Of a stretch of 64,000 nucleotides of DNA, positions 28,119-40,509 are shown piece by piece. The notes under the pieces are model-generated. The model saw only the letters and a list, made by a program, of their open reading frames with translations. It made no database searches and was not told where the DNA came from. Position 1 is the stretch's first letter. The number at the start of each line of letters is the position of its first letter. The stretch is from Octopus sinensis (lineage: Eukaryota): the NCBI RefSeq assembly GCF_006345805.1, contig NW_021829600.1:465-64464 (forward strand). Reading direction: 5' to 3'. Both the position numbers and the translations under genes were made by a program.

Positions 28119-28645
28119 TGGTGACTGCCCCCTCGTTATCGAGTATGGCCATTGCACGAAGCTTAACCAATGTTGTTATCGTGCAATGCCTGTGCAAGAA
28201 GATTTTTTTTTAAGTGGGGAAAGGCTGTGCACTGAGTCAATCCCACTCACTATGCAACAACAGCCAAGAAAAACAACAAGTCAACATCATCGGTAACCAC
28301 TGAGCCGCAGGTTTTATGTCGGAGTTATCCCAGTTACCTGAGTTACCGTCTCCTAGAAGGATGCCCTAACATCCCAATGGTTTAACCGCGCGATCGGATA
28401 TTCAGTCCGATTATTTCTATGTCCCCGCGCATGATACAGCCTTAAGGCATTTATTGGATGGCCGTTGACTCTCAAGAGTTCCTCCGCCCTTTGACGGGTT
28501 TTGTTTTTCATCCCGCAGAGTGTCCAATAAATACCCTCCTCACCAAGCAAGCTTGGTGGGTTTGCCGGTTTAGTCGCCGACGACCCGACCATGCAACAGG
28601 CTGTACTGGGTTACATGTTACCAGTAGCACTCGAAAGTGACCTGA
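28119..28645 (-). mobile_element. ~525-bp structured non-coding insertion in (CATA)n, probably a non-autonomous non-LTR element
   Basis: GC-richer block bounded by (CATA)n on both sides; many hairpins (caccaagc/gcttggtg, tttattgga/tccaataaa, ttgcacga/tcgtgcaa); strand inferred. Confidence 0.55.
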
Positions 28646-29646
28646 CATACATACATACATACATACATACATACATACATACATACATACATACATACAT
28701 ACATACATACATACATACGGGATCAAGGTGTAGGAAGAAAGTTAGCTGCAAGCAATCCGTAGTAAATATCGACCATGACCCTTATAGGATGGTCGACCCT
28801 TATTGACCATGAAATTTTGGAGTTTTCGCCCGGAAGGTAATTTTTTTATCTCTTATATAATTTTCTCTTAAGTTAAGAACTTGTTCAGATTTATACTTGG
28901 AAAAGTGACAATAAATATAATGGGGAAGGCAACTTGCAAAGCTGTGGACAGAGCACAGGTACAGGGTAAACGCCTATTCTTTCGCTGTCAGTCTAGTCAG
29001 CGGCCAGCCGTGAGCGAGTGAGGTTGTGAGTCGCGTTCGTCCATTGAAAGAATTGTACTGCACCGAATGGTAATGTAGAGAAATAGAATATTAAGACATA
29101 TACTTTAGTGATAAACAGTGAGTGAATATGACTTTGTGTGTGTTTGCATTGTGTTTGTCCCCCTCCGCGACACTTGATGACCGCTGTTCGTTTGTTTATG
29201 TCTGAACTTTAGTGGTTCGGCAAAAGAGACGGATATTCTTTCATTCTGTTATTCTTTGACTTGTTTCAGTCATTTGATTGCGGCCATGCTGGAGCACTGC
29301 CTTGAATGGTTTTAGTCGAACAAATCGACCCACAGGACATTTTTTTAAAGCCTAGTACTTATTCTATTGGTGTCTTTTGCCGAACCGCTAAGTTACGGGG
29401 ACATAAACACACCAATACCGATCGTCAAGCGGTGATGGAGGGGGAACAAACAGACACAGTGACACCCACTATTCAACATATATATATATACTACTCTATA
29501 ACTTAGAGTGTGCTTCTTTTTCGGATTTAAGTTCTACCGATGATATATATATATATATACATTACGGGCTTCTTTCAGTTTCCGTCTACCAATCCATTCA
29601 TAAGGCTTTGGTCATCCGAAGGATATAGCAGTAGACACTTGCCCAC

Positions 29647-30000
29647 ATGTTATGTGCTTTGTATACTTATTTTCACACCTTAGAACAAAATTTAGAGAAG
29701 CGAGACACAGAAATAGAAAAGCGTGACACGGAAATACAGCACAAATTTAACCTAAACGATTGTCAAGAATTAGATGCAAAGCTTCTCCCACCAGTCACAT
29801 GCGTTGAAAAGGTTGATAGACTGACAATAATAGTAACTTTTCAAGGCGAGGAGCAATTCTTGGGAGTCCCTGAAATTCCAACATCTTCAAGAGAACAGCA
29901 AGCTTTGGCTGTTTACTAAGCAGTGGAGAAGTGGGATATAACCGACAAAATTCAGGCATTTTGCTGTGATACGACAGAAAGCAACACAGGTCGAGTAAAT
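29647..30000 (+). pseudogene. hAT (hATm-like) transposase fragment
   Basis: DAKLLP...EKVDRLTIIV...EQFLGVPEI...AVY*AVEKW..DKIQAFCCDTTESNTG resembles the DGKLL / DTTASNTG motifs; possible element end taggatggtc at 28785. Confidence 0.65.
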
Positions 30001-30078
30001 ATATTTGAGTTAGTTTTAGGAACTGTATATTATTGTGTAATATATATAATATATATATATATATATATAAATATATAG

Positions 30079-30141
<63 letters not shown>

Positions 30142-30349
30142 TGTATATAGATATATTTAAGTGTTTGTGTGACTTTGTTTCTGTGTTTCACCCTCATCAC
30201 TGCTTCACAATCCCATAACTTACTGGTTTCACAAGAAGAAACTAACGATAAGTACCAAGCTTATCAACATAAAAAAGCACTACGCTGTGTCTCATATTTT
30301 TTGTTTGCCCCACCCAGTTGTATCTATCAACTTATCTTTGTTTTTTTGT

Positions 30350-30388
<39 letters not shown>

Positions 30389-30522
30389 CACACACGCACA
30401 CACGCACACACGCCCACACACACACACGCGCGGCACACGACACACACCACACACACACACATATATATATTATATATATATACATATATATAATTATATA
30501 TATATATATAGTATATATATGT

Positions 30523-30570
<48 letters not shown>

Positions 30571-31061
30571 TTGTGTGTGTGTGTGTGTGTGTGCGTGTGT
30601 GCGTGCTAGACCCTACCACATGTCTAAATACAAGGACAGAGCTTTTCGGATCATGCCCACATGTGACTAAATTTCTGTTACGTTTTTGGCCCCCTAAAGA
30701 AAACGGATAGAACATGCTTTCTGTGTATGTCCCAGAAGATTTTAATATATTTTTATATATTTTTATATATTTTTATGTATTTTTATATAATTTTTATGAC
30801 GAAAAATGCGAGCGATTGTATAAGTACGCAGGCAAAGCAGAGTTATAACAGAGTAATTTCCCTTCATTTTTAACGGTATTTTTTCATAACGTTTTCAAAT
30901 AGCCAGATAACCGAAGAGGGTTGTTGGTGGATTTCCACTTCGGCATCTGAAACTCAGAGTTTTTAATCTTGATACCGAGTAATGTAACATATTGTATAGA
31001 TAATTTCCTCTATTTACATAATATTGAGGTCTCTTTCTTTCTTTTGTTATCTTACCGTTTT

Positions 31062-31112
<51 letters not shown>

Positions 31113-31227
31113 TACACATGTATGTATATGTGTACATTCATATTCATTATAGATTCATAATGAAATTTTGGAACACAAAATCGAAGCCCAGGGAGAAGGG
31201 TAATGTTGTGTGTTTCATACAATTTTA

Positions 31228-31730
31228 TGGACCAAAATTACTGAATGGATCCTTATGATATTTGAAACTTAGATTCAATGCATAAGGGCGGGTATAATGC
31301 AATATGTTTGGTTTGAATTTCAGATGGCTTAAAAAGGGCAGAACCCCCCATGAAAATTCATAAACTTTCGATGTTGATGAAATTTCAACCATAGTAATTG
31401 ACACATATCAAGAAGTATTCTCAAAGTTTCCACTTCACATGATGATTCTAAAACATCCTAGCGGGGGCCTTAACTCCCAAATTTTAGTCCTTTCTTTTAT
31501 GATCCAAAACTAAGTCAAAAGTACTGAATGTATCTTTACGAAATTTGGAAATTATATTCTATGCATAAGGGCCATAACCCCCAAGACAATTCATATATTT
31601 TTGCTGTTGATGAAATTTTAACCATAGATATTAGATACAAATGAAGTAATATTTATAAAATTTCATCTTCTTACAAGTTAAAAAGACCCCTTCATGGGGA
31701 CTTAACACCCACAATTTTGTCATTTTATCT
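31228..31730. repeat. Degenerate tandem dimer (~285-bp period)
   Basis: Paired blocks tactgaatg, atgcataagggc, tgttgatgaaattt and gggggMcttaac recur in the same order. Confidence 0.6.
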
Positions 31731-32564
31731 AAGCAAAGACGAATGGTTGTACTCTTGGAAGCTGTGGGGTTATCCGAGCATAGAAGATGAGCATTATTTG
31801 TAATTCAATGGTACAACAGTGTAAGAGTTTGCTTTGACATACACTTACATTGTGATTTCTGCAATGTGCTGCATAAATTGGCAAGTAAATGAGAGGCACC
31901 TTTGTCTCCACTGATTCAGTTGCAAAGTGTTGAATAAAGTCATTTGATTGCAGATCTCCTTTCAGTTTTTTTATTATCACTGGGTCACACATAGTCCCCA
32001 GATGGTAACATTGATTTAAAGGCCTTCTCAGATGAGTGACTGGTTATTCAAAGACATTTATAGATTGCATATTTATTCTGTTCAGTTACGTATCAGTATA
32101 GTGGTCATTTGCAAACTCCAAATTTCATTTCTCCTTAGCCCTCACGTCACACAGTTGTTAATGTTTATTTCAGTTGGGTCACGCCCTTCCAATTGTTATA
32201 GATTCGTAATGCATCTAACGGCTGTGCCTGTCATCTTGATGGTGAGGAATACTACATTGAGAGTGGTAACGACTAGGGTACTGTAGCTGACTGCTTATTG
32301 TGATCATTCGTCTTTTGGTTTCCTGTAGCTTTGCTCTCTTTTACAAACCCAGTGAACATATATTTCCTATTTCAAAGAAATTCAAACAATAGATATAATT
32401 GTATCATATTAATACCATTATATTAATACATCTGTTTGTTGTCTACACCACCTGTCTTCGTCTTTTGTTTTATATATATATATAACAACCATATAATATA
32501 TATATATAATTATAATATATATATAAATATAAATATATAACAACCATATAAATATATAACAACC

Positions 32565-32605
<41 letters not shown>

Positions 32606-32919
32606 TGTGTGTGTGTGTGTGTGGTTGTTTATATTTTTGACAACATAATAGGTTAGGTAGGATGATATCTATATTACAATATTATAATAACCAATAATGA
32701 GTTGTACATCTATATTAAATTGTTTGTTGTTTGTTCCTTCTTGAGCCATGCCTGGCCAATAAGGGCTGGCTTCCCAGTTTCATTGGCATATATATATATT
32801 ATATATATATATATATTGGACACTATGAGCCGCTGGGAATTGAACTCACGACTTTACGATCGTGAGCCGAATGCCCTAACCACTAAGCCACGCGCCTTCG
32901 CATACATATATATATATAT

Positions 32920-32960
<41 letters not shown>

Positions 32961-32966
32961 CATATA

Positions 32967-33010
<44 letters not shown>

Positions 33011-33017
33011 TATATGT

Positions 33018-33048
<31 letters not shown>

Positions 33049-33118
33049 ATGTACATACATATATATTGAATAATATATATAATATATATAAGTAAGGCAT
33101 GTATATATATATATGTAT

Positions 33119-33163
<45 letters not shown>

Positions 33164-33190
33164 TATATCTATATATAAATATTCATACAG

Positions 33191-33223
<33 letters not shown>

Positions 33224-33806
33224 ATATATATATATTATTAATATATATAAATATACATACAGATGTATATAAATATACATAAACGTACATACATACTTCT
33301 CTCTCGTTAGATGGAACGTGGGAATATGTTCGACTCGACTTCGTTTTCTTATGTTAATTTCCGATATTGGTTTCAGTCCCGTCAGGATCAAAGGTTATGG
33401 ATATATAAACATATTCTTCAATGTTTATAAACAAATTAAGATTGGAGAATTATAAAGAAGAGGTCAGTAACAAAGCATTTCAATTATTTTATTTTATCTT
33501 TCCTATTTTTTCCTTTTTTTTTTCTTTTTGTTTGTTTCTGTCAGTGCCCTTATTTAGTGACTCGTCTGCTTAGCATAGCTCAACACGTATATAAAATCCT
33601 TTCTATTTATAGGCACAAAACCTGATATTTGGGGGGCGGAGGGTTAAGTCGATTACATTACATCTACACCAGTGAGCAACTGGTACTTATCCCATCGACC
33701 CTGAAAGTGTAAAAGGTAAAATCGACATCGGCAGAATTTGAACTCAGAACGTGAAGACGAATGAAACACTGCGAAGCGTTTAACGTTTCTGTCAGCTGGC
33801 TACCTC

Positions 33807-33847
<41 letters not shown>

Positions 33848-34589
33848 TTAATAATAAATAATAACGAGCACTCAGCGCAAATCTCCGCCAAGGCAACACC
33901 AACATCCTGATTTCTTTTATTAGGCACAAGGCCTCTTATAAAGATGGGACAATATAAAGACAGACAAAACAATACAGTGGGGTGGACAAAACATATAACG
34001 GGTGAAATTATGAAATGATAAATGAGATGAAATGGCTTACCTGCCCCCACCCCACCCCACACATATGCAGGCAGTTCCATTTTACTGTTTATGTATCACA
34101 CAGTTCATTATTCTTATTTTTTTCCATCATTTTTTAAAAGTCCTTATTTTAAAATTTTAAATATTTCACTTAACTTTCCTTTATATGAGATATTCCACTA
34201 TGTCATCAAATACTACCTATTTCTTTACTATCCACAAGGGGCTAAATACAGAGAGGACAAACAAGGACAGACAAACGGATGAAGTCCATTATATCGACCC
34301 CAGTGCGTAACTGGCACTTATTTTATCGACCCCGAAAGGATGAAAGACAAAGTCGAGCTCGGCGGAATTTGAACTCAGAACGTAACGGCAGACGAAATAC
34401 TGCTAAGCATTTCGCTCGGCGTGCTAACGTCTCTGCCAGCTCGTCGTCATCAAATACTACCACCGGTAACAACTCAGTGAATCGAAACTGTAACGGTAAA
34501 ATCTCTATCATTTATCCGAATATTTCCTTCAACCTTTCACACTCCTCTTTTACATACAAGACTGCATTAACTCCTTCATTTCACTCCCT

Positions 34590-35650
34590 GGACGCCAACT
34601 TCACCCTAATGACATTTTTTTTTTCTAGCTTTTTTTTCAATCTGTTTTCTCTCTTCGTCTTTCTCGCTTAATTTTGCCGACATCTCGTTTCTTTTCTGTT
34701 CGTTCGCTTTTCCTCCTCTTGGTAGCCCTTGTCTCTCCTCTACAATTACTTTTCTTTTCTTCATGAGACTCTTTGGTGGTGAGTCCGCGTTTTCTTGTTT
34801 TTTCTTCCTCTTCACCACTGTGTATCATTCTTCCATATTTTCCGCTGGCCTCTGCTCCTCTACGCCTTGCACCTCTACCTCTCCTTGCTGTTCCATCTCC
34901 GTCACCTTCTCTTCGTGTTTCTAGGAACACTTAGCTTTCATATGTCTCCGTACTTCACACTGGAAACATATAGGACGTATTCCCTCCACTACAACTCTTA
35001 GCTTCGTCTCGTCCGGTAACACTAAATCCTCTGCAACTTTGTGGAGGTCTGATAAACCGATGTGGACCGTCACCTCAAGGCCGTATCCCCTGCAGTTTAC
35101 CTCCGTAGTTCTTGTGATTTTAAGTATTTTGGTTTCCTCTTCTGTATTATAGAGGATAGTTGCCACCTGCCACGCCTCGTCAATCTTTGAGGGCACTCTA
35201 CCAATCCTAACTCTGGCCGAATGTTTTCCACAGTAGGTTGGTAGCAGTACCCACTCAGTTGATTTCAAAGGCACAGTGGAGTGTTTTAGCGCTTCTTGTT
35301 CACTCGCAAAGCGTACCTCCACTGTGCCGTATTTCTTTCCTCTGGTGTAGTACGTCGTTAGATCTTTAATTTCTTTCAAGCATTCTTCGACTGCTTCTAC
35401 TGCAGCTATTTCAACTCTTTTTGAAGCGATAGACAGCGTTCTGTATATTATTGTCCTTTCTTCGGTCTTTTACAAAATTTCCTTGGGTGGCGTCAGCCTC
35501 AGGCTGTCTCCTTCCTTTCGTAACAATTCATTATATTTCTTAAAATTTGTGTCGTTCAGTCGAATTTCTCTTACTTGCAGGATATTTGCCGTTAGACTAT
35601 TCCCAGTTACTGCAGCGTAACTGCCTGCTGGATCTGGTTGACTTTCCATA
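34590..35650 (-). pseudogene. L1/Tx1-like ORF1 (RRM-like region + CCHC zinc knuckle + basic tail)
   Basis: SYAAVT near the N-terminus, TVEVRFASEQEA, RVRIGRVP, LRVVVEGIRPICFQCEVRRHMKAKC (Cx2Cx4Hx4C); in-frame stops. Confidence 0.75.
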
Positions 35651-36064
35651 ATGTTGTTATTCACAACTTCACCCATAAATAGGGAAGAAAATAAAAAATT
35701 CACAGGTAACAATAAATTTCACAATTCAGTAATACAACGACTGGATGATGTAGACCTTCAACAATTCAAACAACAAGACTCACATGAAGCGAACACACAT
35801 CAAATGCAACAGAGAATCAAATGACTCGACTACAACACCAACGCCTTGTTCCTTTATTTGGTACTACGACCACAACACAGAGGGGACACTACAAACACAG
35901 ACACAATACCACAGTGGAGACAAAAAACATAAAACGAATGAAAATGAGATGTTATATAAAATGAAGTGGCTGCATGGGCCCCACTCACATGCAGTACCAT
36001 TTGAATGCTTATATAAACTATTTACAATCGTTCTATTTTCCTATTGTTTTTCTTAATCATCGTT

Positions 36065-38070
36065 TTTTTAACGAACTAACTTAGGCTTAGATTTCGGCGG
36101 CGGGCTATCTCCATTCCTAACACTACGACACCCCCTGGCAACCTATAATGCTCCATCCAGACCTCCACGCTTCTAACGAAAGAATCCCAGGCACCCGCAG
36201 TCGCGTCTTCAATGAGTTCCAATAGGGCCTCGGAGAATGCCGCCAACCAACAGGTATGCCCAGGACATGCAGCGTCGAGGAATCGATCTCTCCAGTCAAA
36301 ACAAGGAGAATATCTATCCTCTACTTGTGGATGGTAGTTGGCAGAAGACGGCCCCTTACTCTTGAAGACTCTCGCGGGTCCGTCTAGTCAGAGCTACCCT
36401 CTTGGTTCCTACCTGTTTGGCCGTTTTGCCTGCCAGGAACCGCACAATGGCTACGTTGATGTATCTAGCCCCGGCTACTAGTAACTCAGCCTCCTTCTCG
36501 ACGAGGACTGCTACTTCCTCGTCTGACCAGCAGTCCCTGCGTCTTTGGCCTGAGGCCTCAGCAGTAGCTGCTCGATCCGTACGCTTCCTCGCCAGCTGCT
36601 CTTTATGAGCAGCTATCCTGCGCTCATTGGCGGCGACAGGATGCTTATGGCGAACGTACTGCGATCGACCTGCAGCCGTCAAAAAAGAACGGCTGCAGTG
36701 GTCACACCCGGAAGAGGACTGAGTAGAGCCAGAGGCAGGCACACCAGATGCACCACCACATTTGCCTACGTGACACCTCATAGAATGGAGGTGTCCGCTC
36801 TCCCTATCACACTTACTACATCTGTAGATCGGCTTCACGCCGTGCCTACTGTCTATATGTTCTCCCCAACGACGGGGAGAAGAGAAGCGCAGGGGACATA
36901 GCGCACAGGCTATGGAGCAGGACGCGCAGGGAATTGGTAACGAAAACTCGTCTCCACGACCCCCTCTCGGATAACATCTAAAGTAAGTGAGCGATCGTCA
37001 TGGAGGGGATCTTGAGCCAAGTTCGTCGGAACCTAGGAACTACCAGAGTGTGTGTCGGATAGTCCAGAATGAACCGGCCCTGTCTACTTCTAATATAAGT
37101 CAGCGCCGGGTGCAACACGCGACTTCCGACGCTGACGGAGTCATTTTCCTGTTGACCACTATCCATACCTTAAAGAAGGTACGAAACCCAGCCCCAGGAT
37201 AAACAAACATACCACCATCCAACCATCAGAGTACCCACCAACCAACTAACACCGGAGTGTGTGCCCCGGAGGTTCTGCCTGGCAGTGCATCCACCCGCCG
37301 TCAGTTGTGAGTCCTGGCAGTGCATACACCTACCCGAAACAGCGCGAGGTCATAACATACCAGACAAACCCGGTGGTGCATCCACCAGCTGAAAAGACAG
37401 CAGGTCATAACGCACCGGGTCTCCACTCACCACCAACACCGGATCATTACGTACCAAGCATTGCCAACCGGGCCTAATCGCATCTACCGGTCCCTAAACA
37501 GGAACCGCCCGACATGCCAAAGAAGCTCCCAAACAAGACTAAACAAGAAAAACCTGAGAACGACCCACCCAAACAACCAAGGATCCCCCTGTGTAGTATG
37601 ATACTGGTGAATCGCGCCAGTAAACTGCTACAGTCCCGTTGGGAACCAACGCGACACTACACTTAGATGAAGCCAAATTTAGCCGGACCGGCATCTAACT
37701 AGCCGGCTCGGGAAGCAGACCAGCGGAAGTCTACCTACCCTAGCAGGGAGGCCCACACCTCCAAATCAGGATCACCCATACACTCCATGGTCCCCACCAA
37801 ATAAATTGGCACCACTACGGGGGAAAAGAAGAACACGTTTAGTTTGTCCAAAGTGAGGGGCCCAATCCGGCATGGTTGAACCTACCGGCACAGCTACCCA
37901 CACGGACGTAAGCTCTTTCACCGCGACAAGGTAGTGTTCATAAGGGTAAAGCCTGGCAGTGCATCCACTTACCCGAAACGGCGAGTCATAACAAACCAGA
38001 CGCCAAGAACAAGAGTCATGGTTGCGCATCCACCGAGTCAGGCAGGTCATAACGCACCAGGCCCCACGAA
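36065..38070 (-). mobile_element. 5' portion of an R2-A-like non-LTR retrotransposon (3 zinc fingers + Myb), no RT or endonuclease
   Basis: One frame 36907->36356 gives CALC-x12-HIDSRH, CSKC-x12-HVGKC, CDHC-x12-(Y)VRHKH, then Myb-like WSDEEVAVL...YINVAI...GKTAKQVGTKR; long GC-richer 5' region. Confidence 0.8.
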
Positions 38071-38361
38071 AGCGTCTTCTACTATAGTCTCGGGCCAGCC
38101 GAAGCCTTGTGAGTGGATTTGGTAGACAGAAACTGAAAGAAGCCTGTCTTCTCTTCGTTCACGTTTGGATTAACTATATATATAAATATGGAGGGTTCAC
38201 GAAAAAAACAAAAGACGAAAACAGGTGGTGTAGAAACAAAAATGTATTAGTATAACGCTCAGGAATTGAAAAAGTCTTTTACGTTTCGAGCCTACGCTCT
38301 TCTATAGAAAGGAACACAGAAAAAAAAAAGGAAACACACACACAACACACACACACACACC

Positions 38362-38423
<62 letters not shown>

Positions 38424-38538
38424 CACATATATATATATATACTATATATGCACATATATATACTATTATCTATATATACATATATGTATACACATATATA
38501 AATACATATATATATACATATATATATACATACATATA

Positions 38539-38570
<32 letters not shown>

Positions 38571-38576
38571 CATACG

Positions 38577-38635
<59 letters not shown>

Positions 38636-39066
38636 GTGTGTGTGTGTGTGCGTGTGTGTGTGTGTGTGTGTGTGACAATTATTCGGTAGCCACGATAGAG
38701 TCCTGAGGTCAATTTGTTTGACTAAAGGCAGTGCTCCGGCATGGCCGCAGTCAAATGACTGAAAGAAATAAAAGAATAATTCTCTCTCAAATCACACCCG
38801 TACTGTCTTAGAAAAAAATTACATTAAATAACATGGGCCGGTGAAACTTACACATAGAGAAGGAGAAAGGAGGCGGGATGAACTTTGACCGTGTGTCAGC
38901 TCGATAAAAACTGACCTGGGTCTTCTCAACTACAACAACAAAAAAACGTGCTGATCATCTTTTCCATTCAATCCTTCTTCAATTCTTCGGAATGTAAAGA
39001 CAGACGAAATTCCGCCAAGCAATTTGTCCGGCTCGCTAACAATTCTGCCAGCTGGTAGCCTTTTTC

Positions 39067-39116
<50 letters not shown>

Positions 39117-39367
39117 CTTTTCTACTAAAGGCACAAGGCCTGAAATTTGAGGGAAGAGGTAGTCGATTACATCAGCCTCAGTACTCAACTGGTACTTATT
39201 TTATCGACCCCGAAAGGATGAAAGGCAAAGTCAACCTCGGTGGAATTTGAACTCAGAGCGTAAAGACGAACGAAATGCCTCTAAGCATTTCGCCCAGCTT
39301 GCTAATGATTCTGACAGCTCGCCGCCTTAATAATAATAACAATAATAATAATAATAATAATAAATAT

Positions 39368-39878
39368 AATACAGACCGAACCATCAAGGCCAATAACCAG
39401 ATATTGTTGTGAAAGACCAAAAACAAAAGTTTGCTTATTGATCGACATGAGCATCCCCTGTGATCATAATATCTCAGCGAAAAGTTTGACAAGCTCAGAA
39501 AATATAAAGACCTACTCATTGAAATTGAGAAAATGTGGCAATCTCAAGGCGTTACAATACCAGTGATCGTAGGAGCACTAGGAATGATCAAGAAGGGAAC
39601 CGAAAATTATATGAGAATGATCCCTGGCTTACCATCCCTGCAAGAAGTGCAAAAGATTGTCTTAACTGGTACATCACACGTATTGAGAAGAGCTTGTCGA
39701 TGTGAGAACTGTTGCTGCTCATGTATTTTAATTTAACTTAAAAAAAAAAAAAATGATGAACGAACTATTGAGTTTGGTTTAATGGCCTACCAATGTATAC
39801 TATGAGTTTCTTTGCCCTAGGAGTCTGGAAGACACTCGGCAAGAAATGGAAGCAAATTTGAAAGAAGAAAAAAAAAGT
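39368..39878 (+). mobile_element. R4/Dong-like 3' fragment (restriction-like endonuclease) in (TAA)n
   Basis: TDRTIKAN-PDIVVKD...LLIDMSIPCD...KYKDLLIEIEKMW...IPVIVGALG across frameshifts; followed by a 3' UTR and (TAA)n. Confidence 0.85.
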
Positions 39879-39885
39879 AATAATG

Positions 39886-39939
<54 letters not shown>

Positions 39940-39942
<3 letters not shown>

Positions 39943-40459
39943 GGAAAAAGATGGTATAGGCACACATCAGAAAAGGTCACAGAAAACGAGAAAGCAACCA
40001 TACTCTGGGATATGCCAATACACACAGATAGAAATTAAGGCCAACAGACCAGATATAGTTGTCAGAGATCATGAAGAAAAAAAAATGCTTTCTAATTGAT
40101 GTATCAATACCAGCAGATGACAACGTGTCTCTAAAAGAAATGGAGAATCTTTCAAAATACAAAGATCTGGAAATAGAGGTAACCAGAACGTGGAATCTAA
40201 AAACAGAAACAATTCCTATCATAGTAGGTGCATTAGGCATGATAAAAAATATTCAGACAAATACATAACAAAAACACCAGGACTTACAAACTCATATAAC
40301 ATACAGAAAATTGCACTACTAGGCACTGCACACATCCTACGCAGAACACTTTCCATACAATAACCATCAGAGCATCACAACAAATCACAGCACATACCCG
40401 AGGCACACAGAGCTGCGCTCGGTAGTGAAGTGAAAGCACGCTATAAAAATAAAACTACC

Positions 40460-40462
<3 letters not shown>
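39940..40462 (+). mobile_element. Second, distinct R4/Dong-like 3' fragment in (TAA)n
   Basis: WYRH..EKVTENEKATILWD..IHTD..IKANRPDIVV...LIDVSIPADDNV...KYKDLEIEV...PIIVGALG...GTAHILRRTL*; different 3' UTR; (TAA)n on both sides. Confidence 0.87.

Positions 40463-40509
<47 letters not shown>

Noticed and set aside
31730-32350. Non-repetitive stretch as a host exon (also 9160-9470)
   Set aside because: Stops in the frames examined and no recognisable domain; needs a homology search
32820-32900. tRNA gene (also 4208-4280, 8647-8720, 62250-62325)
   Set aside because: A/B boxes present but no proper acceptor stem, and they continue into SINE bodies
36063-36090. gttcgttaaaaaaa as the poly(A) 3' end of an internally deleted R2
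   Set aside because: Preceding sequence reads like continued ORF (PPPKSKPKLVR) and no TSD or second copy supports a true end
37320-38056. ATGA...GA hairpins as SECIS elements
   Set aside because: No apical AA, helix length wrong, and located 5' of the ORF
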